A DNA stretch of 64,000 nt from an uncultured Alphaproteobacteria bacterium (GTDB lineage Bacteria > Pseudomonadota > Alphaproteobacteria > Rhizobiales > Beijerinckiaceae): the NCBI GenBank assembly GCA_963767245.1, contig CAVYDG010000024.1:124927-188926 (forward strand), given 5' to 3'. Within the stretch, counting starts at the first letter, position 1; each line of letters begins with the position of its first letter. Positions 8,511-18,215 of this stretch are shown here, one piece after another. The notes under the pieces are model-generated. The model did not search any database. It had not been told where the DNA came from and was given only the letters and a program-made list of their open reading frames with translations. The position numbers and the translations under genes are program-made.

Positions 8511-9458
8511 ATGGAGACTTTATACGTGGTGACCTGCGTCGCGAACCCGCTGCTGTGGAGGTCGCGGGCAGCCTTGGCGCGGGCCGCGATCGTCGACTGG
8601 CTCAAGGAGCCAAACCTCCACATCACCCTCGCCGAATGCGCCTACGGCTCGCGCGGCTACGAGCTCGCCGATCTCGCATCCGATCGCCTCGCCCATATCG
8701 AATTGCGCGCGACGACGATGGCCTGGTCGAAGGAGAACCTCATCAATATCGCGATCTCGCGCCTGCCGCCGGCGGCGCAGAAGATCGCGGTTCTGGACGC
8801 CGACATCACCTTCCGCCGCGACGGGTGGGCGACCTCCGCCCTCGCCGCGCTCGACCTCTATCCGGTCATTCAGCCGTGGTCCGTATGCTACGATCTCGGG
8901 CCGAACGACGAACATATCGGTGTCCACCAAGGCTTCGCCTCGGTCTGGCACGCCGACAAGCCGGTCGTCCCGAACGGTAAGACATTCTGGCTCTCGGAAG
9001 GCGGTCCTTACGCCTACCCGCATCCGGGCTACGCCTGGGGCTGGCAGCGGCGGATCCTCGACCGCATCGGCGGCCTGTTCGAACTTGCCGGCATGGGCGC
9101 CGGCGACCATCACATGGCGCTCGGCATGGTTGGCGAATATCGCTATTCGCTACCTCGAGGAGCGGCAAAAAGCTACGAACTCGCGGTCGCCACCTGGGCT
9201 GAGCGCGCCACGCGCGAGGTCAATGGCAAGCTCGGCTTCGCCCATGGCTCGATCGAGCACCCGTTCCATGGGCGAAAAAGCGACCGCGGCTATCAATCGC
9301 GTTGGGCGATGTTCCTCGACAGCGGCTTTGACCCTGTTATCGACCTCAAGCGCAACAGCCATGGCGTCCTTGAATTCTCGGGCGCCAATCCCAACCTTGA
9401 ACGCGCCTTTGACCGCTACCTCCGCTCGCGCGAGGAGGACGTCAATACGCTGACGTAA
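8511..9458 (+). CDS. Putative GT-A-fold nucleotide-diphospho-sugar transferase (315 aa)
   Basis: WSKENLINIAISRLP followed by a DxD motif (LDADITF), then 'GYAWGWQR...IGGLFE...GAGDHHM'. Confidence 0.55.
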   Translation: METLYVVTCVANPLLWRSRAALARAAIVDWLKEPNLHITLAECAYGSRGYELADLASDRLAHIELRATTMAWSKENLINIAISRLPPAAQKIAVLDADITFRRDGWATSALAALDLYPVIQPWSVCYDLGPNDEHIGVHQGFASVWHADKPVVPNGKTFWLSEGGPYAYPHPGYAWGWQRRILDRIGGLFELAGMGAGDHHMALGMVGEYRYSLPRGAAKSYELAVATWAERATREVNGKLGFAHGSIEHPFHGRKSDRGYQSRWAMFLDSGFDPVIDLKRNSHGVLEFSGANPNLERAFDRYLRSREEDVNTLT

Positions 9459-9463
9459 GAGAC

Positions 9464-9491
9464 GCAGGCAGCGGAAAGCCTGTCTGCTTTC
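9464..9491 (+). terminator. Possible weak intrinsic terminator
   Basis: 8-bp stem GCAGGCAG/CTGTCTGC (one G-U pair) followed by only TTT, 5 nt after the stop of 8511..9458. Confidence 0.3.
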
Positions 9492-9581
9492 GCCCGGTGG
9501 TTCGAGATTGCCACCGCGCGACCTTACAGCATCTGGGGACCTCCAAACACTCCGCAGCCAGCTGGCCTTAACAAGGACGAC

Positions 9582-9941
9582 ATGAATGCACCGGAAAGCC
9601 CGCCCTGGGGTTTTCTTCAATGGGCGGCCGCAGGATTGGCGTCAATCGGGGCGAGCGCGGCCGCATTTGTCTGGCGACTGATGACCCGGCTTCACGCTCT
9701 CGAGATCGCTGCCCGGCAGCACCGGCACGATCTCGATGTGTCGCAGTCAGCCAATGAATCTGCGCTCTTGCGTCTTGCTGAAAGACTGGCGTTGCTGCAT
9801 GACGATCACTATCGGCTGCGCGAGACGATCGGCGCGCTTCCCAGTCGCGCAGACATTCATGATCTGGAGCTTAGCTTGGGCGAGCGCATGGAGTCGCTCG
9901 CCGTTCGCTTTGACCGAGCTTTCGACGCTCGTGTTTCATGA
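9582..9941 (+). CDS. Phage-type TM plus coiled-coil protein, DUF2730-like
   Basis: N-terminal hydrophobic helix, heptad-rich body, 'LPSRADIHDL' motif; AAGGA RBS upstream. Confidence 0.5.
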   Translation: MNAPESPPWGFLQWAAAGLASIGASAAAFVWRLMTRLHALEIAARQHRHDLDVSQSANESALLRLAERLALLHDDHYRLRETIGALPSRADIHDLELSLGERMESLAVRFDRAFDARVS

Positions 9942-10281
9942 TCATGTCCTTGTGGCGCGGCCGCAAGACCATCTCGCTTCGCGCCCAAAGCGGATTCAAA
10001 CGTGCGGCGCGTCGAGCTTTTGTGGACGCGGCGATGCTGCGAGGCAGCCCGAAAAGGGGGAAATAGGAGTCTCGACGCGTGGAGATGGTCCATCCGGCAA
10101 CGCACTGGGCGTTCGATCTGCGCCCGCGGCGTCTGACCTGAGTTTGCTCAGCCCACCGGGAAAGGACGATCTCAATCCCGCTTCGTCTTTCAAGGACCAG
10201 ACGAAATTCTTTCCCAGCGTACGAAACTTGGGCAGAATGAGTTTTCAATGATCTGAATTCCTGGGACGTTGTCGACGACCG

Positions 10282-11247
10282 ATGCGAATTGTCTTCATGG
10301 GCACGCCGGAATTCGCGGTTCCGACGTTGTTGGAAATCGCGAAGAGCGGACACCTGATTGTCGCGGTCTATACCCGAGCGCCCGCGCGCGGCGGACGTCG
10401 AGGCCTCGAAATCCGGAAGACGCCGGTTCATCTCGCGGCGGATTCGTTTGGGATCCCCATCTTCACGCCGAAGACCTTGCGCGACGTCGAAGCGCAGAAC
10501 ACCTTTTACGGTCTCGCGGCGGACGTCGCCGTTGTGGCCGCGTATGGTCTGTTGCTGCCCATCCCTATCCTTGAGGCGCCGAGACTAGGCTGCTTGAACC
10601 TGCACGCTTCGTTGCTGCCGCGCTGGCGCGGAGCTGCGCCCATCCAACGAGCGATCATGGCGGGCGACACGCAAACTGGCGTCGACGTCATGAGCATGGA
10701 TGCCGGTCTTGACACAGGGCCGCGCGCGCTTCGCGAAATCGTTCCTATTCTTCCCCGGGACACGGCCGGAGACCTCGCAGCATATCTTGCCCGCATCGCG
10801 GCCAAACTATCGGTGAGCGCCTTGCAATTGTTGGACGCTGGTCAGCTTGAGTTTCGGGAGCAATCGGCTGTCGGCGTTTGCTACGCGCACAAGATCGAGA
10901 AGACTGAGGCCGAAATTGATTGGATGCAGGGGGCGGAGAGAGTTCGCAATCAAGTTCATGGGTTGTCGCCTGCGCCGGGCGCTCGTTCGAAAGTGCTGGT
11001 TGGGGCTCGCGAGGAAAGCATCAAATTTTTGCGCGTTGAGGTGGTCGCGGGGACCGGACAGCCGGGGACACTCCTGTCCGAAGACATGAGCGTCGCGTGC
11101 GGCGCCGGCGCCATACGAGTTCTGCAAGGGCAACGGGCGGGAAAGACGGTGATGAATGGCCGTGAATTGATGCGAGGCGCAAAGCTCGCTCTAGGCACGG
11201 TCTTTAGGAGGTCCATTGCGCCTTCATCTCCCGAAGCATCGATTTGA
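10282..11247 (+). CDS. fmt: Methionyl-tRNA formyltransferase
   Basis: MRIVFMGTPEFAVPTL, NLHASLLPRWRGAAPIQRAIMAGD and MDAGLDTGP. Confidence 0.95.
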   Translation: MRIVFMGTPEFAVPTLLEIAKSGHLIVAVYTRAPARGGRRGLEIRKTPVHLAADSFGIPIFTPKTLRDVEAQNTFYGLAADVAVVAAYGLLLPIPILEAPRLGCLNLHASLLPRWRGAAPIQRAIMAGDTQTGVDVMSMDAGLDTGPRALREIVPILPRDTAGDLAAYLARIAAKLSVSALQLLDAGQLEFREQSAVGVCYAHKIEKTEAEIDWMQGAERVRNQVHGLSPAPGARSKVLVGAREESIKFLRVEVVAGTGQPGTLLSEDMSVACGAGAIRVLQGQRAGKTVMNGRELMRGAKLALGTVFRRSIAPSSPEASI

Positions 11248-12071
11248 GTTCCTCCTTGCTGCCTTCGGCGGCCCGCAAGATCTGGCCAGCCCGAAAGAAA
11301 TCCAGGACTGCGAAATGCTTCACCTTGGGCCGCACGATAACGTCCGGCGCGCGCAGTTTGATTTTTGAGCCGTGATCGCTCCTTGCATGATTTGCGCGGC
11401 GCCAAACATGGACGCAAATGGTGGCGGAGTCCATCGCTTCGGCGACCTACCCCCGAACGTCACGTCCACTGCAACAACAATGTCCGAGAGACCGAACAAG
11501 AGATCATTGGGCAACGGGTTCACAGCTCCGCCGTCGATCAGCACCCCGTCTCCGAACAGGACCGGACGAAACAGTCCGGGAATGGCCATTGAGCCAGCCA
11601 CCGCCGGCCTTCGCGGCCCCGTCTTGTACGCGACCTCGTTCCGATCAAGATAATTTGTCGCCACAACGATGGTTTCGATGTCGAGATCCTCAAAACGGCC
11701 TGGCATCCGGGGGGCCAAAACAAGTGAAGACAAATCTCAGGGTCCAGTAGCACCGGGTTGCCACGACCCCGGGGCACGAGGTCAGCGAAGCGTCCAACTC
11801 GCGCCCGCAGAAGCTTGCTCATGACGTCGGAGCGGTTGCGCAGAACGCGCAATATGTGGGTCCGAATAGCCCGCCCTTCAATTCCCGCCGCATAGGCCGC
11901 GCCGACGACAGCGCGCATCGACGTGCCCGCGATGGCTACGGGTCGAATCCCCATTTCGTCCAAGGCTTCCAGCGCCAAGACATGCGCAATTCCTGGCGCG
12001 CCACCGCCTCCGAGCGCGATCGCGACCCTCGGCCGAAGAACTTTCCGAACCTGATCGCGGCTTCCGTCCAC
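11204..12071 (-). pseudogene. Patatin-like phospholipase, two frameshifts (~11712, ~11362) and altered catalytic motifs
   Basis: GGGGAPG (family GGGGARG), GTSMR (family GxSxG) and DGG, spread over three frames (track ORFs 11538..12071, 11320..11733, 11204..11434). Confidence 0.8.
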
Positions 12072-12079
12072 AGCGCCTC

Positions 12080-13357
12080 CTATTCACTTTCGCGAGCTAT
12101 CCCCCGCCAACCAATATCGCGTCGGCAGAATCCTTCCGGCCATTTTAGGCGATCGACGGCCGCGTACGCTCGTTTTTGCGCCTCAGCGACATTGCTGCCG
12201 AGCGCAGCAATCGCTAGCACGCGGCCCCCGTCGGCGATTATTGCGCCGTCAACTTCGCGTGTGGCGCCGTGAAAGACAACCACCCCGGGGGCCGCCTCCG
12301 CGTCCTCGATCCCGCCGATTTTCGAACCGCGAACCGGTTCGCCGGGATAGCCTCGGGCCGCCATTACTACGGCCAGGGCCACATCCGAGTAAAACCTCGG
12401 AGCATCGCCGCGCAGCGTCCCTTTCGCACAGGCGAGAAGAAGCGGCAGCAAGTCGTCCTTCAGGCGCGGCAGGATAACCTCCGCCTCCGGATCCCCGAAT
12501 CGAACATTGAATTCGATTACTTTTAGACCATTTGGGTCGACCATCAAGCCTGCAAACAGTACACCCCGAAAGGGCGATCCTCTTTCGCTCATTCCGCGCA
12601 GTGTTGGCGAGATCACTTCGCGCATGACACGTTGGGTCAATTCCGCGGTCATTGTGAGCGACGGAGAATAGGCTCCCATTCCGCCCGTATTCGGTCCGGT
12701 ATCCCCGTCCCCTGCACGCTTGTGATCCTGCGCGCTAGCAAAGGGCATGGCCGTAACGCCGTCGCACAAAGCGAAAAAAGATACCTCCTCGCCCTCAAGG
12801 AACTCCTCGACGACGATAGCCGCTCCCGCCGAGACAAGGGCCGCGGAAAGCAATGCGTCAACTGCGACCTCCGCCTCCTCCACCGTAGTCGCGACGACGA
12901 CTCCCTTACCCGCAGCAAGTCCGTCTGCTTTGACCACAATGGGCGCGCCGACGCTACGGATATGCGCCTTTGCCTCATTTGGATCTCGGAATCGTCGATA
13001 GGCCCCGGTCGGAATCCCGAACTCGCGGCAGAAGTCCTTTGCATATCCCTTTGACCCTTCCAGCTTCGCCGCCTCTCTCGTCGGCCCGAAGCACGATATG
13101 CCCGCCGACACGAGATCGTCCGCCAGTCCGGACACCAGCGGGCCTTCGGGCCCGACCACCACCAAATCAATCGATTCCGCTCGACAAAACGCGATCACCT
13201 TCTCGCTGTCGAGTAAACCCAGCGGCACGGTCTGCGCGACTGTTGCGCAGCCCGGATTGCCTGGAGCTACGAAAAGGTTCCTGGTTAAAGGTGACTTGGC
13301 GCAAGCCCAGGCCAAAGCGTGCTCCCGAGCTCCGGAACCTAGAATTAATACATTCAT
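12080..13357 (-). CDS. purD: Phosphoribosylamine-glycine ligase
   Basis: MNVLILGSGAREHALAW, KADGLAAGKGV, QDHKRAGDGDTGPNTGGMGAY and EFNVRFGDPE. Confidence 0.97.
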   Translation of the reverse strand: MNVLILGSGAREHALAWACAKSPLTRNLFVAPGNPGCATVAQTVPLGLLDSEKVIAFCRAESIDLVVVGPEGPLVSGLADDLVSAGISCFGPTREAAKLEGSKGYAKDFCREFGIPTGAYRRFRDPNEAKAHIRSVGAPIVVKADGLAAGKGVVVATTVEEAEVAVDALLSAALVSAGAAIVVEEFLEGEEVSFFALCDGVTAMPFASAQDHKRAGDGDTGPNTGGMGAYSPSLTMTAELTQRVMREVISPTLRGMSERGSPFRGVLFAGLMVDPNGLKVIEFNVRFGDPEAEVILPRLKDDLLPLLLACAKGTLRGDAPRFYSDVALAVVMAARGYPGEPVRGSKIGGIEDAEAAPGVVVFHGATREVDGAIIADGGRVLAIAALGSNVAEAQKRAYAAVDRLKWPEGFCRRDIGWRGIARESE

Positions 13358-13561
13358 CGTTCGATCTCGCTTGAACCTTTGCGCCTTGGCGCGCACGGCA
13401 TGACGCCGTGCTGGCCAGCGCTGCTTTCCGAAAGTGAAACTCCGCGGTATTGACTCCCGGCTTTCGATATGGCGAGCACCAGCGTTGGCGCCGGTTCTAT
13501 GGGCATGAATTCCGGTGAATCGCGCGAACGAACAGGGACAATCTCACACTCCACTCTGGCT

Positions 13562-14833
13562 ATGATCAATTTTGCCTTAGAGTCACCGAACCACAAATGG
13601 ACAGCGCTCGCGAGCCACCGGAGTTGGCTTTTGCGGGAAGCGGAAGCGCTATTCTCATTTTTCGAGCGGAGAATTATCAACCCGCTCGGCGGGTTTTACG
13701 ATCTTGACGACTACGGGCGCCCGACTGCGCCGGGTTACGGTGGGGCAGTAAAGCCCGCCCGATATCTCTTCGCGACCTCAAGAATCATTCACGCCTATGC
13801 GATCGCCCATCTGATGGGTCGGCCGGGCGCTGACGTTATCATTGATCATGGAATGAATTTCTTGTGGAACGGCCATCGTGACCCTGAGTACGGAGGTTAC
13901 TATTGGGGCGTCGGGTATGATGGGCCTTCAGACAGCAGCAAACAGGCGTATGGTCACGCGTTCGTTCTTTTGGCCGCATCGAGCGGTAAGGTCGCAGGCC
14001 ATCCAGACGCCGACCGACTTCTCGATGACGTATCAACCGTCATAAGCGAGCGATTTTGGGAGGAGCAGTTCGGGGCGGTCGCCGAGGAATTCACCCGCGA
14101 TTGGCAGCCCTACGACCATTACCGCGGCCAGAACTCGAACATGCATCTGACAGAGTCGCTAATGGCCGCGTTCGAGGCAACACACGATTCCACCTACCTG
14201 AACATGGCGCAGCAAATCGCAGACCTTATTGTCCGTCGCCACGCTGCTGCGAACGATTGGCGGCTTCCCGAACATTTCACAGACCGGTGGATAGTAAATC
14301 GGGCTTACTCGGGCAACCCAACATTTCGCCCGTATGGAACCACTCCCGGCCATTGGCTCGAATGGTCTCGGCTACTGCTCCAGTTGTGGGAGCTTGGCGG
14401 TCGCAAACTAGACTGGCTTCCACAATGTTCGAAGGCGCTGTTCGGCCAGGCGGTGAGGGACGGGTGGGATGATGGCAAAGGGGGATTTTATTATACTCTC
14501 GATTGGGACGGCAATCCGCTAGTTCGAGACCGATACTGGTGGCCGTGCTGCGAAGGAATTGGAGCGAGCGCCTTTCTCAACGCCATTGACGGCGATCCTG
14601 TTTACGAGCGCTGGTACCGTCAAGTTTGGAGTTTCATCGCTGCCCAATTTATCGACAAGGAGAACGGAGGTTGGCGAGCACAGGTCGACGATGCATTGCA
14701 GCCGAGTTCTGGGCCGTTCTTCGGTAAAGTGGATATCTACCACTCACTTCAGGCCTGTCTCATTCCAACTCTGCCAACGACCGGCAGTGTGACGAGGGGC
14801 TTGCTCGAAATCGCTTCCGGCGGCCGGCCATAG
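13562..14833 (+). CDS. AGE-family sugar epimerase/isomerase (YihS/mannose-isomerase-like)
   Basis: KQAYGHAFVLLA, YRGQNSNMHLTE, PGHWLEWSRLL and YWWPCCEG motifs. Alternative start at 13469. Confidence 0.88.
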   Translation: MINFALESPNHKWTALASHRSWLLREAEALFSFFERRIINPLGGFYDLDDYGRPTAPGYGGAVKPARYLFATSRIIHAYAIAHLMGRPGADVIIDHGMNFLWNGHRDPEYGGYYWGVGYDGPSDSSKQAYGHAFVLLAASSGKVAGHPDADRLLDDVSTVISERFWEEQFGAVAEEFTRDWQPYDHYRGQNSNMHLTESLMAAFEATHDSTYLNMAQQIADLIVRRHAAANDWRLPEHFTDRWIVNRAYSGNPTFRPYGTTPGHWLEWSRLLLQLWELGGRKLDWLPQCSKALFGQAVRDGWDDGKGGFYYTLDWDGNPLVRDRYWWPCCEGIGASAFLNAIDGDPVYERWYRQVWSFIAAQFIDKENGGWRAQVDDALQPSSGPFFGKVDIYHSLQACLIPTLPTTGSVTRGLLEIASGGRP

Positions 14834-14933
14834 CCATTTCAACTCGGGCTGTTCCAAAGCGTCTGACCGACAGTCTCGAAATTTCTCTCTCGGCGCGCTA
14901 CAATCTGACCTCGAGCTCCTGACCGCGGGTGGC

Positions 14934-15455
14934 TTAGCGCACGAAATCAGCACATTTTTGCGATCCGTTATCCTGGGCTCCCCAGGGCTGAACAGGTACA
15001 GTCGATGTCGCGTTCTTCGGTGAACCCTCGACCAATTTATCGCTATAGGTCATGTAAACTAGAATATTACGCCTTGTGTCGCATCCCCTAACGATTTGCA
15101 TTTTTTTGAATATGAGTGAGCGGCGTTCACTGAAGACGACATCGCCTTGACCAAAGGTTCCTTTGAATTTGATTGGGCCATATTGTCGACACGACAGCGA
15201 AACGTCGGACGTTTGTTCGGCCAAGCCCAAAGCGCCCGACAGCCCGCCTCTTTCGGGGGTCGTGTAGTGACATGCAACGCCATCCACCAGTGGATCGTCA
15301 ATACCATAAACGGCGAGTTTGTCATTGGGTGTCAGTAGTTTGAATGTCGTCGATTTGCGGAAGATCAGATCCGGGTCAGAAGGATCGGCGGTCGCCAAGC
15401 AAGGCATTATCACCATCACAATGAACGCCACCGCGATTTGCCGAATTCGGTTCAT
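14934..15455 (-). CDS. creA: CreA-family protein
   Basis: Signal peptide; DDPLVDGVACHY, SDVSLSCRQYGPI and GSPKNATSTVP. Confidence 0.9.
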   Translation of the reverse strand: MNRIRQIAVAFIVMVIMPCLATADPSDPDLIFRKSTTFKLLTPNDKLAVYGIDDPLVDGVACHYTTPERGGLSGALGLAEQTSDVSLSCRQYGPIKFKGTFGQGDVVFSERRSLIFKKMQIVRGCDTRRNILVYMTYSDKLVEGSPKNATSTVPVQPWGAQDNGSQKCADFVR

Positions 15456-15626
15456 TCCTTTGTGCCTCAGGGTGCGCGGAAAGGCATAATCGCCAAACCC
15501 GGACCTTCATGTAGAGAGTGCGTGCCCAAGGCCAAGATGGCGGATCACTGCAAACTCGTGTCTCCCTAATCCGTCAATCTTGAATTTTTCGATCCGCGCT
15601 GGCCTGCGGCCGGGACAGCGGGCATA

Positions 15627-18215
15627 TTGAGCGCGATCGCCTCCGGGACGAACGGCGGCTTAAGTCTTGAACCACGGATCGATGGGGTTCGCTTGCCAGG
15701 ACGTTTCTCTTCGGCGGCATCCGACAAAACCTCCGGGTTGGAACGGTTTGAAGAGTGGACGCGAAACTATGCCCCCCTGCCGGGGATTCCTGACGAGTTT
15801 ATCAACTCCCGCGGCTTGAGCCGTCCGCATTGGCGACGGCTGCTTTCCGCGCTAGCCGAGTATGAGCCGAACGAAATTCAACAAAGCTTTGCGACAGCTG
15901 ACCGGCGGATTCGAAATCGAGGGCTGTCATACCAAGTCGCGGGCGAAAAGGACGAGCGGGTCTGGCCGATCAGTCGAATGCCGTTGCTCCTGACGGAGGA
16001 GGAGTGGCGCGGAATCGCAACGGGCGTCGCGCAGCGCGCCGAGTTGATGGAGCGAGTACTCGCCGATGTTTATGGGGAAGGTCGTCTAATAGCAGAAGCC
16101 GCGCTGCCCCTGCCCGCGCTCACCGGCTCGAAGGACTACGTTGCGGCGATGCGTGGCGTAAGACCGCCGGGAGGGCGATGGCTTCGTCTTTACGCTGTGG
16201 ACATCGGTCGCGGACCAGACGGCTCTTGGTGGGCGCTCAGCGACCGGGCGCAGGCGCCGTCAGGTTGCGGGTACGCGTTGGAAAACCGGCTCGTGGTTTC
16301 ACAGGCGTTTCCAGATCTTTACGCCCAGCTCAACGTTGAAAGGCTGGCGCCATTTTTTCGATCATTGAGCGCAGGTTTGAAGTCGTCGGGGCAGAGAGCG
16401 GAGCCCCGCATCAGCATCCTAACCCCCGGTCCTCTGAGTCTAACCTATTTCGAACAGGCCTATCTGGCGCGTTATCTCGGCTTCCTGCTGGTGGAAGGCG
16501 AAGATCTCGTCATGCGCGATGGGCGCATTTTTGTCCGCACGATCGCCGGCCTCAAGCAGTGCGACGTCATTTGGCGCCACGTTGACGCGGACTGGTGCGA
16601 TCCCCTCGAGCTGAACGCGTCCTCTCGCATCGGTGTGCCGGGTCTCCTCGAGGCGATACGGAACGGCGGTGTCGCGGTCGAGAACATGCCGGGAGCAGGG
16701 CTCGTGGAATCGCGAGCGCTTCTGGCATTCTTGCCTGTACTGGCGCGGCGCCTGCTCGACCAGGATCTACTTATTCCCAATATCGCGACCTGGTGGTGCG
16801 GACAATCGCAGGAGCGAGATAGGGTCCTCGATGAGTTCGACAAAATCTCGATCGCCGCGGCCTTCGGCGACGAACTGCCCGGAATGAATGGCCAGTCGAG
16901 CGTGGTCCCGGCTGAAATGCCGGCCAACGAGCGCGAGCGGCTGCGTAATTCAATCGCCCGACGCGGAATCGACTATGTCGGACAAGATATTGTTCGGCTG
17001 TCGACCACTCCGCGCTGGATGCACGGCAAACTCGAGCCGCGGCCGTTCGTCTTGCGGGTATATTGCGCGGCGACTTCGGACGGCTGGCGCGTCATGCCAG
17101 GCGGATTTTGCCGAATTTCGGATCGTGCCGACGCGCGCGCTGTCGCGATGGGCGATGGCGTCGAGTCTGCCGATGTCTGGGTGCTCGCTGAAAATCCTGT
17201 CGAGGTCTCAAGCCTCCTTCCCTCTCCTGAAAGCGCGCAAATCACCCGTCTTTTGGGAAACCTCCCAAGTCGCGCGGCCGATAGCCTATTCTGGTTCGGC
17301 CGCTACCTCGAAAGAGCTGAAGCGACGCTGCGTGTCGTACGTTGTCTCAGCGCGCGGTCAGTTGACCCGGACACTCCTATGCAACTCGGCCGGCAGTCGC
17401 TCGATCGTCTCATGGGCGTTCTCGTCGGTTGGGGCGCGGTCGATCCGAGGACGCCGGCGAAAGGGGCGGCCTCCGCCAGTGAGCAGGGCCTGCGCAGCGC
17501 GGCCAACTATGGCTCCGCATTGTCACTCGCCCGTTCAGCTCGCAGCGCAGCGTCGGTTATTCGAGAGAGGCTGACGCACCAGACCTGGGCCTTGATCGAT
17601 CGTCTGGAAGTCGCACTCAAGCCGCCCCGGGAGCGACGTCCTTCGGCGGGTGAAATTGTTGATCTTGCCGACGATGCGCTGACTGCTATCGCGGCGCTTT
17701 CGGGATTGTTTGACGAAAATTTCAACCGCGGCGCAGGCTGGGTATTCTATGAAATGGGACGATGCGTCGAACGAGGAGCAAACACGTGTCGTTGGTTGCG
17801 GCAATTTGCCGCCCATGACGCGACCGAGCACTCCCTTGGCGTGATGCTCGATCTCATCGATTCGCAGATCACATATCGCTCGAGATACCTAGTCGGCATG
17901 GCGTTGGCGCCTGTCCACGACATGGCGTTGCTGGATCCGTTCAATCCACGATCCGTTGCATTTCAAGTCAATCGCATTGACGAAGGAATAAGCACCCTTC
18001 CTACCCTGCGTCGAGATGGGATGCTCGAAGAACCAAGGCGGCTGACGACGCTTCTGCGAGCCCAACTGACCGCCGAACGAGCCGAATTGGTCGATGACGC
18101 GCGTATTTTGGCCGTCGAGCAAGAACTGCTCACATTGGCGAACGCAATCGCCGCCCGGTACTTCCTGCAAGGAGCCGGTCAGGGCCGCGCGGAGAAAGTC
18201 ACGGGATTCGAGTGA
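15627..18215 (+). CDS. Circularly permuted type 2 ATP-grasp protein fused to an alpha-E domain
   Basis: DRAQAPSGCGYALENR, RFVRTIAGLKQCDVIWRHVD, LRVYCAA...VMPGG, then the alpha-E signature LFWFGRYLERAE and GRCVERG. Confidence 0.9.
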   Translation: MSAIASGTNGGLSLEPRIDGVRLPGRFSSAASDKTSGLERFEEWTRNYAPLPGIPDEFINSRGLSRPHWRRLLSALAEYEPNEIQQSFATADRRIRNRGLSYQVAGEKDERVWPISRMPLLLTEEEWRGIATGVAQRAELMERVLADVYGEGRLIAEAALPLPALTGSKDYVAAMRGVRPPGGRWLRLYAVDIGRGPDGSWWALSDRAQAPSGCGYALENRLVVSQAFPDLYAQLNVERLAPFFRSLSAGLKSSGQRAEPRISILTPGPLSLTYFEQAYLARYLGFLLVEGEDLVMRDGRIFVRTIAGLKQCDVIWRHVDADWCDPLELNASSRIGVPGLLEAIRNGGVAVENMPGAGLVESRALLAFLPVLARRLLDQDLLIPNIATWWCGQSQERDRVLDEFDKISIAAAFGDELPGMNGQSSVVPAEMPANERERLRNSIARRGIDYVGQDIVRLSTTPRWMHGKLEPRPFVLRVYCAATSDGWRVMPGGFCRISDRADARAVAMGDGVESADVWVLAENPVEVSSLLPSPESAQITRLLGNLPSRAADSLFWFGRYLERAEATLRVVRCLSARSVDPDTPMQLGRQSLDRLMGVLVGWGAVDPRTPAKGAASASEQGLRSAANYGSALSLARSARSAASVIRERLTHQTWALIDRLEVALKPPRERRPSAGEIVDLADDALTAIAALSGLFDENFNRGAGWVFYEMGRCVERGANTCRWLRQFAAHDATEHSLGVMLDLIDSQITYRSRYLVGMALAPVHDMALLDPFNPRSVAFQVNRIDEGISTLPTLRRDGMLEEPRRLTTLLRAQLTAERAELVDDARILAVEQELLTLANAIAARYFLQGAGQGRAEKVTGFE

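Noticed and set aside
9497-9520. GGTGGTTCGAGATTGCCACC, resembling a tRNA T-arm/att remnant
   Set aside because: No cloverleaf, wrong T-stem geometry, no CCA end and no matching direct repeat in the window.
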